In this document: one piece after another, positions 10,107 to 18,996 of the stretch
Layout: the number at the start of each line of letters is the position of its first letter
Numbering within the stretch: the stretch's first letter is position 1
Assembly: GCA_045540175.1 (NCBI GenBank)
Contig: JAZQGU010000042.1
Span: forward strand, 50,109 to 114,108
DNA: 64,000 nt
Direction of reading: 5' to 3'
From: Eubacteriales bacterium
Lineage (GTDB): Bacteria; Bacillota; Clostridia; Oscillospirales; CAG-272
Program-made: the position numbers and the translations under genes
Notes under the pieces: generated by a model
Databases searched by the model: none
The model's input: the letters and a program-made list of their open reading frames with translations, nothing else
Told to the model about the DNA's origin: nothing

Positions 10107-10310
10107 ATGGAGCAAAGCAAGATCGACAGAATAAACGAGCTCGCAAAAAAAGCTAAGACCGGGGAGCTTACTCCCGAGGAAAAAGTCGAGCAAAAACAGC
10201 TCCGCGAGGAGTACATTCTCGAATTCCGCGCGGGAATGAGAGGGATCCTCGATAATACCTATATTCAGTATCCCGACGGAACAAAGGTCAAGGTCGAGAA
10301 GAAGAAATAA
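10107..10310 (+). CDS. DUF896 (UPF0291, YnzC-like) small protein
   Basis: 67 aa. [21 protein letters not shown]...R matches the DUF896 pattern. Confidence 0.8.
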   Translation: MEQSKIDRINELAKKAKTGELTPEEKVEQKQLREEYILEFRAGMRGILDNTYIQYPDGTKVKVEKKK

Positions 10311-10316
10311 CAAAAA

Positions 10317-10346
10317 GTGACGAGCAGTTTTGCTCGTCATTTTTGC
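10317..10346 (+). terminator. Intrinsic terminator of valS operon
   Basis: GTGACGAGCA-GTTT-TGCTCGTCAT followed by TTTTGC. Confidence 0.7.
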
Positions 10347-10388
10347 TATTATGTCAACGGTCTTTATGAAATAACCACCACGTTGTTT

Positions 10389-10438
10389 TACCTTCTCCAG
10401 CGGGAGAAGGTGGCTGAGCGTAGCGAAGTCGGATGAGG
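10389..10438. repeat. Left inverted flank of DUF559 cassette (hairpin CCTTCTCC-AGCG-GGAGAAGG, then GCGAAGTCGGATGAGG)
   Basis: Read directly. The reverse complement of 10825-10919 carries the same two blocks in the same order. Confidence 0.6.
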
Positions 10439-10440
10439 TG

Positions 10441-10815
10441 TCATTTTGAAGGTTTTAGATCGTCAAATGTCAAATCCAGTTTTCTTAAAATATCCCTCAC
10501 AACCCCGTCCAAGTTCCTATTTACATCGGAATTAGAATACCTCAAAACCGTAATGTTCCAAAGAGATAATTTGTGATCCCTTTCTGCATCATTATTTCTG
10601 TGCTCGGGGCTGAAATGCTGTGCGCCGTCAATTTCGATAACAGTTTTCTTTTCTGCAATATAAAAATCAACAATATAGTCGCAGATATTATGTTGTCGCC
10701 TGACGTTGAACGGCAGGCGTTTCAAAAACTTATACCACAACTCCTTTTCTTCCGGAGTCATGTTTTTTCGAAGCGTTCTTGCGTTCTCAACAAGCTTTTT
10801 GTTATAGGGTATCAC
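10441..10815 (-). CDS. DUF559 endonuclease-like protein (Vsr/restriction-endonuclease-like fold)
   Basis: 124 aa. ARTLRKNMTPEEKELWYKFL...YIVDFY....K.VIEIDG..H is the typical DUF559 pattern. Confidence 0.85.
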   Translation of the reverse strand: MIPYNKKLVENARTLRKNMTPEEKELWYKFLKRLPFNVRRQHNICDYIVDFYIAEKKTVIEIDGAQHFSPEHRNNDAERDHKLSLWNITVLRYSNSDVNRNLDGVVRDILRKLDLTFDDLKPSK

Positions 10816-10824
10816 TTAATTACT

Positions 10825-10919
10825 CCTCATCCACCACTTCGCCGGAACCCCCAAAGCTCGACAAGCTCGCTTCGGGGAACCCCTGCGCCGTGGTCCCCCT
10901 TCTCCCTCAGGAGAAGGTA
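10825..10919. repeat. Right inverted flank of DUF559 cassette (CCTCATCCACCACTTCGC ... CCTTCTCC-CTCA-GGAGAAGG), with about 45 nt of extra internal sequence
   Basis: Read directly. It is the inverted counterpart of 10389-10438. Confidence 0.6.
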
Positions 10920-10922
10920 TTC

Positions 10923-11702
10923 TTACGGCTCGAATCCTTCAAAAATAAATGTTCTGTAAAGCTTTTTTGCCTTATTTACGTCGTCTGCGCTTTGAGGCGT
11001 CCAGCAGACCATATGTGCGCCGAGAAGCGCGCAGAGGCGGACAGAGACGCTATCGTACTTATATTCATAGGCAACAAAATGGGGGCGGGAAAGGAAATTG
11101 AGCAGCATATGTCGGAGAAGCTGATGAAGCAACCCCTTTTTATCGTCACGCTTTCCGAATGCGGTCGAGAGCTGACCTCTTACTACCTTCGGGCGGTTCT
11201 TTTTAAACCAACGCATATGCAACGGATTAAACGATTCAACACAGTATAAGCCGTCGTAATCATCAAGGAGCTCAGCAGCTTTTTTGCAAACCTCAGTATC
11301 AGCGTTTTCGCCCTTTATTTCGGTTACGAGCGGAACCTTTCCGCCGATTATATCAAGCACCTCTTTAAAGGTAGGAACGCCGATTTCATTAAGCTCCTTT
11401 GAAGTAAGCTCCGATACCTTTTTATCAACTCCGAACACCCTTTTCAAGGTATAGTCGTGGTTAATAACTGCGACCTTGTCGCTCGAGAGCTGAACGTCAA
11501 GCTCGATTCCGTATCCAAGCTCGACCGCCTTCTTGAATGCGGGGATCGTATTTTCCTTGATGCCTTCGCCGTGAAAACCGCGGTGAGCAATATATTTTCC
11601 GTCAAACGCCGCCGCCTTGCGTCCGTTCGCAGGACATATTGCGAAGAAGTATAAAAACACGATCGCGCCAATAACGGCAAGAATTATATACAGGGCTAAC
11701 AT
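10923..11702 (-). CDS. Membrane-anchored glycerophosphodiester phosphodiesterase (GDPD family)
   Basis: N-terminal TM helix, then HRGFHG...ENTIPAFKKAVELGYGIELDVQLS.D....INHD. Confidence 0.85.
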   Translation of the reverse strand: MLALYIILAVIGAIVFLYFFAICPANGRKAAAFDGKYIAHRGFHGEGIKENTIPAFKKAVELGYGIELDVQLSSDKVAVINHDYTLKRVFGVDKKVSELTSKELNEIGVPTFKEVLDIIGGKVPLVTEIKGENADTEVCKKAAELLDDYDGLYCVESFNPLHMRWFKKNRPKVVRGQLSTAFGKRDDKKGLLHQLLRHMLLNFLSRPHFVAYEYKYDSVSVRLCALLGAHMVCWTPQSADDVNKAKKLYRTFIFEGFEP

Positions 11703-11704
11703 TT

Positions 11705-13108
11705 TCAGTCCTCCACGTCAAGATGCTCGAGGAGTGATTTCTTCGCGGGCATCTTGCTGTCGCCGTGCTTGACGAACAGCATAGTAACAAAGGAAATACC
11801 CGCAAAGATCGTTGCATACGGGAACAGCGTTTTGTAGCTTACGTTAAGAAGATATCCCGAAAGAATCGGAGTGATTACCTGTGCTGCCATCGAGAAGGTA
11901 TAGTATAGACCGGTGTATTTACCGATATCGCTTCCTCGGCTCATTTCAACGACCATAGGATAAGAGTTCACGTTTATCGCCGCCCAAGCAATGCCGACGA
12001 GGGCAAAAACGAGATTTACCGCAACGTGAGGCTTTGTAAAGAGGAACGCGACGCCGAACATAGAAGTAAGAAGCGCGCATCCGATAAGGATCATCTTCTT
12101 GCGTCCGATCTTGCTCGAAATGATACCGATCGGGATATAAGAAACCGCCGCAGCCGCCATTGCGATCATAAGGCAATTAGCAAATCCGCCGTCCTTCAGG
12201 CCCCAAATTGTTATAACGTACTTTGCAAAGCTCGTCGTAACAGCGTTATACGCCATATACCAGAACGCAACCGAAAGAAGCAGGAACACAAGACTGCGTT
12301 TAACCTCAGGACGGAGCTTTTCGTTTCCGCCGAGATTATTTTCGCCGTCATCGTCGCTTATACCGTACTCTCGCTCGACCGCCTCGCGCTCCTTAACGAA
12401 GCGGTTTTCGCGGACGAAGAACAGAAGCGCCGCCAGGCATATAAGCATTATTCCGGCAGTTATCGCAAAGAGCGGAAGATAGCTGTCGTGGATAAGTCCG
12501 AGGTTCTTTTCTCCGACCTTGAACGTCTCGGAGCAGCTGTCGCATACCGCGCTTTCAACTGTCGCCTTATCAATTAATACCCTGTGGCCGTCGGGGCAAA
12601 TTGCGTAGTACTGTGTCTTCATGAGAAGCGATACCGCGACAAGAACGACGAGACCGCCAATAGTACCCATGAGATTGATTATCGCGTTTGCCTTTGAGCG
12701 TAGAGGCTTGGGAGTTATATCGGGCATCAGCGATACTGCAGGAGAACGGTAGGTTCCCATGCCGACAAGCGCGCAAAGGAGCAGACCCATAAAGAGCGGC
12801 AGGTTCTTCATATCGGCAGATATCGGAAGAAGAGTAAATGCCGTTCCCGCAAAAAGTGTGCCGAAGATAATGTACGGCATTCTCTTGCCTATTTTCGTAT
12901 TCGTCTTATCGGAAAAAGCTCCGAAAAGCGGAAGGAGGAAGAGCGCGAAGATATTGTCAAGCGACATTATCCAGCCCGATGCCGCATCGCTTATGCCAAA
13001 ATCGAATTTCAGCATAAGGGATATGAGGTTATCGTATAACTGCCAGAATGCAGTTATTCCGAAAAATGCAAATCCGCACAGAAGTGTGCGCTTGTAGTTC
13101 AGTTTCAT
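11705..13108 (-). CDS. MFS transporter with Cys/His-containing insertion in loop 5-6
   Basis: 467 aa with about 12 predicted TM segments and an MFS-like N-terminus. Insertion CPDGH-x13-CDSC at residues 171-192. Confidence 0.8.
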   Translation of the reverse strand: MKLNYKRTLLCGFAFFGITAFWQLYDNLISLMLKFDFGISDAASGWIMSLDNIFALFLLPLFGAFSDKTNTKIGKRMPYIIFGTLFAGTAFTLLPISADMKNLPLFMGLLLCALVGMGTYRSPAVSLMPDITPKPLRSKANAIINLMGTIGGLVVLVAVSLLMKTQYYAICPDGHRVLIDKATVESAVCDSCSETFKVGEKNLGLIHDSYLPLFAITAGIMLICLAALLFFVRENRFVKEREAVEREYGISDDDGENNLGGNEKLRPEVKRSLVFLLLSVAFWYMAYNAVTTSFAKYVITIWGLKDGGFANCLMIAMAAAAVSYIPIGIISSKIGRKKMILIGCALLTSMFGVAFLFTKPHVAVNLVFALVGIAWAAINVNSYPMVVEMSRGSDIGKYTGLYYTFSMAAQVITPILSGYLLNVSYKTLFPYATIFAGISFVTMLFVKHGDSKMPAKKSLLEHLDVED

Positions 13109-13518
13109 ACTTTATCCGCCTTTTCTTTTTTTGAAAATATAAGCTTACCGAGGAAGTAGTTCGTTATTACAACTATGACCGAAGCGGCAATTTTCGTTAT
13201 TTCCTTATCAAAGCTCAGTATGTCGACGGAAAGAACGAATACGCCCTCCTGCAAAAGCAGAGACAGCACGCGGCTTCCGGCAAACGCCGCAAATTCCATC
13301 ATAAGTGCCTTGACGCCTCTCCGTTTGCTTTCGAATACGAATATTTTGTTGACGACGTATGCAAATATCACCGCCCCGCACCACGCGGCGACATTCGCAA
13401 TATGGTGGTTCGTGACCTTGTACAGAAGGAACGATATCACGAAGTCGACGAGCGTTGTCATCACTCCGAATATCAGATACTTTATCTGCATTTTATATCT
13501 TGCCAGAATGCTTTTCAT
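13105..13518 (-). CDS. GtrA family membrane protein
   Basis: 137 aa, 4 TM segments, typical GtrA pattern (YLIFGVMTTLVDF...NKIFVF). Overlaps the MFS start by 4 nt. Confidence 0.8.
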   Translation of the reverse strand: MKSILARYKMQIKYLIFGVMTTLVDFVISFLLYKVTNHHIANVAAWCGAVIFAYVVNKIFVFESKRRGVKALMMEFAAFAGSRVLSLLLQEGVFVLSVDILSFDKEITKIAASVIVVITNYFLGKLIFSKKEKADKV

Positions 13519-13520
13519 AT

Positions 13521-14129
13521 TTATTCTATCTCGTTTATTATTTCCTTATAGCGCTCGTAGGTATACAAAAGGTTTATCGCTTCAAGAAGTGCGTTTGTTG
13601 ATATGTTGTCGGGAAGAGAACATTTTTCGGAGAGCCTTTTACGTTTATCACTGCTTCCCTCTCCGCCAAGTAAACCGTCGCAAAACAGGTCAGTTTTGGT
13701 CACTTTTCGGCACGATTTTAGCGTTTTTTCGCCGTTTTCGAGCTCATTTTGAACCGAAAAAGGAGCCAAGAGCGAATACAAAAGCCCGCTTTCCATTCCC
13801 TCAACTCCGATAAGCCCTTCCTTCGACATTTCGTCCTTACGCTTCTCTTTTCCCTCAAGCTTCGGAATATAAAGATGCGTCAGGCGGTCGCTCGGCACGA
13901 GGGCACGAAGGTGGTTGCGGATTACCAATCCTCCGCCGTCGCTGTCGGTCAAAACGATAAGCCCGTGCTTATCCGCGATACATTTAAGCATATCGCGTTT
14001 TTTTTCGTCCTTGAATATACCAAAGCCGTTCAGGACGATTATTTCACTTTCGACTATCGACGACAGCTTGATCTTATCGTACTTTCCTTCGACGATTATC
14101 GGACTTACGAGCTTCAGCTTTTTTTGCAC
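13521..14129 (-). CDS. Toprim-domain protein, RNase M5 (RnmV)/DUF4093-like
   Basis: IIVEGKYDKIKL ... LTDSDGGG (Toprim E and DxD). I prefer GTG at 14129 after GGAGG. The ORF track extends to 14180. Confidence 0.6.
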   Translation of the reverse strand: MQKKLKLVSPIIVEGKYDKIKLSSIVESEIIVLNGFGIFKDEKKRDMLKCIADKHGLIVLTDSDGGGLVIRNHLRALVPSDRLTHLYIPKLEGKEKRKDEMSKEGLIGVEGMESGLLYSLLAPFSVQNELENGEKTLKSCRKVTKTDLFCDGLLGGEGSSDKRKRLSEKCSLPDNISTNALLEAINLLYTYERYKEIINEIE

Positions 14130-14649
14130 GTTCTGCCTCCAGCTTTTTCTGCTTTTTGATGATGTATACCGTTGCGGCAACCGATACCGCCGTGATTACC
14201 AGCGCAATTATCAGCGGCGCTATGTGAGTGGTACCGTTTCCTATTCCGGTGACTGATATGAACGATATTATCGGAAGAATAAACGTCGACAGCAACATAT
14301 CGAAGAAGCCGTCGTCAAGAACGTCGGTAGTGCCGCATATCATTACTATCCCGTAGCTTACCGATGCGAGCCCGAAAAGCATCGAAATAGCAAGCGTTAC
14401 AAACGTTTTATTATACATGACTGCAAGCGCAAGCGCTCCGGCAACCGTTATAAGTGAAAGCCAACCCAAGACAACTCCCGGCTCACTCGCAAGGGCAATT
14501 TTCGTCGAGCTGAAGGACTGATACATAACCGACAGTATCATTACCGACAGCACGGGTGCCAGCATAAACGCGACCACAAATTTATCCTTGAATGCGCGGT
14601 CGAAGCGCTCTATTCTGTTGCGTTGCTCATCTCTTTGTTTTTTGTTCAT
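14074..14649 (-). CDS. Hypothetical polytopic membrane protein with basic C-terminal tail
   Basis: 191 aa with 4-5 hydrophobic segments. No recognisable family. Confidence 0.55.
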   Translation of the reverse strand: MNKKQRDEQRNRIERFDRAFKDKFVVAFMLAPVLSVMILSVMYQSFSSTKIALASEPGVVLGWLSLITVAGALALAVMYNKTFVTLAISMLFGLASVSYGIVMICGTTDVLDDGFFDMLLSTFILPIISFISVTGIGNGTTHIAPLIIALVITAVSVAATVYIIKKQKKLEAERAKKAEARKSDNRRRKVR

Positions 14650-14664
14650 TACCGTTTTTCAACC

Positions 14665-15687
14665 TTATCTTCTCGTCGCTTCGACGACGAGTCTTTCGAG
14701 AATTACGTAATTATCGAGCTTTGACGATTTAATAAGCAGATCCGCCTCGTAACACTTTTCCGACAGCGCGCGCAGGCGCTCGACAGTAGTTCTCGACGCG
14801 CTTTTGGCGTATAGACCCGCCTTATACTCGTGGAACTTAAGCTTTTTTGCGACATCTGCAAGCGGTATGCCGTTTTCGGTAGAATATTTGATGATCTCAA
14901 GATCACAAACGACTCTTGAAATTCCGCTTAAAATGATCTCAGGCTTTTCCTTTTGCTTTTTCATTTCACCGAGAACCGAGAAAGCCTTTTCGGTATTGAG
15001 GTCAAGTATGGCATTTGCAAAGTCAAAAGCAGCAATCTCTTTTCTTTCGCCGCAGACCTTTATTACGTCGTCGATAGTCAGCTTTTCCCTGCCCTGCGTT
15101 TTCAGGTAACAGGAGAGCTTATCTATTTCGTTTGAGAGGGCGTACATATCGCATCCGCATCTGTCGATCAGAAGCGCAACGGTATCGGGCGGGGCTATTA
15201 TAAGCTCCGATGCAAAGTGCTTTGCGACCCACGAAGAGAGGCGCGCAGGCGTTTCCCTTTCGAAAATGACGGGGGTCAGACACTCACTCAACGCCTTTAG
15301 CTCCTTTGACGGAGCTTTTTTATTACCGATATCAAGCTCGTCGGGCTCGGTATACATAACAAGTATATTGTATTCATATTCCGGCAGGCATTTAAGCACC
15401 GAAACAAGCCCATCGAGCTCGCCTTCCGACATTGAGGAAATATAAAGCGAATTTATCTCGATCAGCTTTCTTTCCGCCATCATCGGAAGAGCCTCGATAG
15501 CGGCAAACAGGCGCTCCGGAGAATATGTGTCGCCCGTCAGGATTATATGATTAAACGCGTCACCCTCATCGACGGACGCGCTTCGGAGCGCAGAGAGGTA
15601 ATGCCTTTTAAGGTAGTCCTCTTCGCCGCAGAAAAGATAACCGCCCTTCAGCTTTTTCAGCTCTGTGCGAAATTCGTTAGGTGTCAT
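14665..15687 (-). CDS. holA: DNA polymerase III delta subunit
   Basis: 340 aa. N-terminal YLFCGEEDYL pattern and overall delta-like layout. Confidence 0.8.
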   Translation of the reverse strand: MTPNEFRTELKKLKGGYLFCGEEDYLKRHYLSALRSASVDEGDAFNHIILTGDTYSPERLFAAIEALPMMAERKLIEINSLYISSMSEGELDGLVSVLKCLPEYEYNILVMYTEPDELDIGNKKAPSKELKALSECLTPVIFERETPARLSSWVAKHFASELIIAPPDTVALLIDRCGCDMYALSNEIDKLSCYLKTQGREKLTIDDVIKVCGERKEIAAFDFANAILDLNTEKAFSVLGEMKKQKEKPEIILSGISRVVCDLEIIKYSTENGIPLADVAKKLKFHEYKAGLYAKSASRTTVERLRALSEKCYEADLLIKSSKLDNYVILERLVVEATRR

Positions 15688-16196
15688 ATCGGTGTCACCT
15701 TTATAAAGAGTCTGTTTCTTTCGGTATTAACGCCTCGTATTTCGATGCAATAATCAAGCACCATTGCCCCTCCCTTATCGGACACCGTATTTGCAACCTT
15801 TTTAGTGTTTACGGTAAATTCGACGGGCATATATGGGGTTTCGTAAGTGCATCTCTGACGCTTTACCTCGGGATCGAAGCAGAATGCGGCACTTAGCTCT
15901 CCGCTTCTTGTCATGGTTACCGAATTTTTCTTCGCGGTATCGAATATAAGCGTCGTAACGCAGTCAAGCCCGATCTCGTCGGGTTCCTTGTACGTTATAT
16001 ACGCTTTTCCGTTTTCCTCGCGGTATTCGCCGCGAACGGTGTATTCGATCACCTCGTCGCATTCCTCATTCATCATCTCGTAAGGAAGGCGTTCACCGTT
16101 ATCGGAACGGAAATATCCGTCCTTTAAGGTTGAGGTGTACTTTTCGGCAAGAGCAAGGTCTGTTACCGTTGATTTAATCTTGATTCTGACGTCCAC
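15684..16196 (-). CDS. DUF1934 (YwiB-like) beta-barrel protein
   Basis: 170 aa with a GTG start. Typical DUF1934 layout. Overlaps the holA start by 4 nt. Confidence 0.7.
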   Translation of the reverse strand: MDVRIKIKSTVTDLALAEKYTSTLKDGYFRSDNGERLPYEMMNEECDEVIEYTVRGEYREENGKAYITYKEPDEIGLDCVTTLIFDTAKKNSVTMTRSGELSAAFCFDPEVKRQRCTYETPYMPVEFTVNTKKVANTVSDKGGAMVLDYCIEIRGVNTERNRLFIKVTPI

Positions 16197-16233
16197 TGTT
16201 TGATCCGTTTCTTTATATATTTATACAGAGTAA

Positions 16234-16262
16234 AGTATAACATATTAACGCACGCTTGTCAA
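16234..16262 (-). promoter_or_regulatory. Candidate sigmaA promoter for DUF1934-holA operon (TTGACA-17-TATACT)
   Basis: Minus-strand hexamers at 16262-16257 and 16239-16234. Confidence 0.5.
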
Positions 16263-16341
16263 CCGCGGTGAAATTTTCTGATAAACTTATATCTTTCAAG
16301 GGGAGAAACAGTTTAAGCTCCGGAAAACACTTTAGTTTTTT

Positions 16342-16384
16342 AAGAAAAAACAGTGCCGACGCAATTCAGCTTGCGTCGGCACTG
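16342..16384 (-). terminator. Intrinsic terminator after GH2 gene
   Basis: 14-bp stem CAGTGCCGACGCAA/TTGCGTCGGCACTG. On the minus strand it is followed by TTTTTTCTT. Confidence 0.75.
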
Positions 16385-16394
16385 TTTTGCTGTT

Positions 16395-18749
16395 TTATTC
16401 GACCATAATATTAACTGAATTTTCAAGCTCACCCGAGGTAACTTTAAGAGTAACGTCTGATCCGACAGTTGTCTTTATAATCGCAAGCGCCTGACCTCTG
16501 AAGGTGTGGCAGGTTGACGCGGTATAATCGTCATCACAGCAGGGACGCGCGCAGAAAATTGCTTCAAGAGAGCCACCGACAACCTCGGCAGAAAGCGTCT
16601 CATCATAATCTCTTATGATATTTCCGTCACAGTCAGTTACCGTAATATCAACGTAGATAAGGCGTCTGTCTTCCCAGGTGTAGCCGTTGTTCTCCACGTT
16701 CATTAGGAGCTTTGACGGCTTTGAGCAGGTATAAAGCGTTGCTCTTGACTGTTCCTTACCGTCCTTTATGGCAACTGCGGTTATTGTTCCCTTTTCATAT
16801 ACCGCATCAAGGGTAGCAATTGCTTTGACCGGCTTGGTTTCGGCTACGAGCTTATCGTTTATGTACCATTTTACCAAGTCGGCTTTGGTATATGCCTCGG
16901 CAACAAACGGCTTGCCTTCATATTCGTCTCCAAAAGTCCAGGTCTCTTCAACGTCATGCCAGTGCCAGCGAGTGCCGTAATGCTGCTTTCCGTAATGCTT
17001 TGGATGGGTCACAAAAATTCTTATAGGGGTATCGTCAAACCAAACTGCCTCGCGGTAATAGGACTGAGGTCTACGCATACCGCAAAGGTCAAGGTCACCC
17101 TGGAAACAGCTCTTCCACGGATATTTTATGGGGTGAACCTTAGCAACCTCGTCTTCCCAATAGGAAATGCCCATTCCAACCTCTCCGAGATTGTCGATAG
17201 CTGTCCAGGTGAAGTCGCCAATGTTATAAGAATTATTTATAACGTTGTTCCAATAGTCGTAAATATTTGAAGTCGAGCCGATATTCCAGTTTTCAGAGCC
17301 CCAGATGACCTTGTCGGGATTTGCTTTATGGAACTGCTCATATTTCGAATGATAATAGTTGCATCCGATGATATCAAGCGGCGCCTCGATCGGCTTTGTG
17401 ATCTCGATGATCTTTTCGACATCTCCGTTTCCGGTGCGAGATGCCATATATTCCTTATAATCTTCCGTGTCGATGTCCTCTGAGTGATATTCAGCCAAGG
17501 AAATCTTTTGAATTGCGGCGGTTACAAGTTTCGTATCATCGTACTTTTTCACCTCGGCAACCATTTCCGCCGAAAGCCGGGCTCCGCCCGAGGTACCGTC
17601 GATTTCGTATATCTCGTTTCCTATGGAATAGGAGAGAACGCAGGGGTGGTTTCGGTCGCGTCTTACCATAAGGGCAAGATCTTCACGCCACTTGTCGGTA
17701 AAGAAAATGTGATAATCGTGTGTAACGAATTTTCTCTTTCTCCAAACGTCAAACGCCTCGTCCATCAAGAACATTCCAAGCTCGTCGCAGGCGTTAAGAA
17801 GGGCAAGAGACGGCGGGTTATGTGCAATTCTTACCGCATTAAAGCCCGCTTCCTTCAAAAGTCGAATCTTTCTTATTTCGCTTTCCGCGTATGCCTTTGC
17901 GCCCAACGCACCGTGGTCGTGATGAATGCATCCGCCCCTGAGCTTGATGCTTTTGCCGTTTACAACAAGACCGTTTTCGGCAGAAACCTCGATGGTCTTA
18001 ATACCGAAATTCTCTATGGTCGTGTCGGTTAAACTGTTGTTTGTGAAAATCTCTGTTTTCAGCGTGTAAAGGTTTGGAGCGTCGACGTCCCAAAGCTTCG
18101 GATTCAAAACAGTGAGTCTTGTTTCAAGCTCGTTTTTGCCCTTATTAAGGTGAACTTCTATGGTATCCGTCAAAACATCATTACCGTTTTTTTCGCTTAC
18201 TGTAAAGGCGATCTTAGCAGTAACATCCTCGTCCGAGCTTACCGTATAGGAGAGCTTGATCTCTGCCGTATTGTCCTTAACTTTAGAAGTGGAAACAAAC
18301 ATGTCCCACGGCTCAATTCTTACAGCACCGCCCTCATACAAAAATACATCGCGATAGAGTCCGGATCCGCTATACCAACGGGTAGAGCGATCAAGGGGAT
18401 TTGTTGTGATCACAAGCTTGTTATTTATGCCGTAAACGATGCTATCCGTCAGATCAACCAGATACGGAGTGTAGCCGTGCGGATGAATTTTAAGAACATT
18501 CTCGTTCAAGCTTGTCTCGGAGATACTGTATGCACCGTCGACGTGAAGAATGTAGTGCTTGTTTTCTTCAAAGGTCAAAAACTTCGCATATTTTCCGCAG
18601 CCAAGACGGAAATAACCGTTGTTTGGATCACCGTTTTCATCTCTTTCTTTAAGAACGGAGTAATCGTGAGGAAGGTCAACGTCTTGATACCCGTTATTCA
18701 TTGGTATTTCCGTGAACTTCCAGTTTTTGCTGATACAGGTTTTAATCAT
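16395..18749 (-). CDS. Glycoside hydrolase family 2 (beta-galactosidase/beta-glucuronidase-like), cytoplasmic
   Basis: GH2 sugar-binding, Ig-like and TIM architecture, including RDRNHPCVLSYSIGNE (acid/base region). ATG at 18749 after AGGAG. The ORF track starts 57 nt upstream. Confidence 0.85.
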   Translation of the reverse strand: MIKTCISKNWKFTEIPMNNGYQDVDLPHDYSVLKERDENGDPNNGYFRLGCGKYAKFLTFEENKHYILHVDGAYSISETSLNENVLKIHPHGYTPYLVDLTDSIVYGINNKLVITTNPLDRSTRWYSGSGLYRDVFLYEGGAVRIEPWDMFVSTSKVKDNTAEIKLSYTVSSDEDVTAKIAFTVSEKNGNDVLTDTIEVHLNKGKNELETRLTVLNPKLWDVDAPNLYTLKTEIFTNNSLTDTTIENFGIKTIEVSAENGLVVNGKSIKLRGGCIHHDHGALGAKAYAESEIRKIRLLKEAGFNAVRIAHNPPSLALLNACDELGMFLMDEAFDVWRKRKFVTHDYHIFFTDKWREDLALMVRRDRNHPCVLSYSIGNEIYEIDGTSGGARLSAEMVAEVKKYDDTKLVTAAIQKISLAEYHSEDIDTEDYKEYMASRTGNGDVEKIIEITKPIEAPLDIIGCNYYHSKYEQFHKANPDKVIWGSENWNIGSTSNIYDYWNNVINNSYNIGDFTWTAIDNLGEVGMGISYWEDEVAKVHPIKYPWKSCFQGDLDLCGMRRPQSYYREAVWFDDTPIRIFVTHPKHYGKQHYGTRWHWHDVEETWTFGDEYEGKPFVAEAYTKADLVKWYINDKLVAETKPVKAIATLDAVYEKGTITAVAIKDGKEQSRATLYTCSKPSKLLMNVENNGYTWEDRRLIYVDITVTDCDGNIIRDYDETLSAEVVGGSLEAIFCARPCCDDDYTASTCHTFRGQALAIIKTTVGSDVTLKVTSGELENSVNIMVE

Positions 18750-18996
18750 ATTGGCGCTCCTTTCGCTTGTTGATTCAATATTATCACACAAAATAAAAAA
18801 AGTCAACGAATGTTTTGAAATACTTTTAACACTCAGTTATAGCACGACAGTATCTGCATAATCCGGAATTTCAAAAACAGATATGGAGTACATCTGTTGA
18901 CATTTCTTTGTAATTATGTTATCATTTTAGGTGCAACTGATCGATGCTACTACCGGATCAGTTGCGTCAACCTCCTATATCGAAAGGAATTTAATT

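Noticed and set aside
14130-14180. Longer N-terminus of the Toprim ORF (MPQRYTSSKSRKSWRQN)
   Set aside because: It lies deep inside the upstream membrane-protein gene. GTG at 14129 with GGAGG fits the start of the Toprim beta-strand. The shorter start is itself uncertain.
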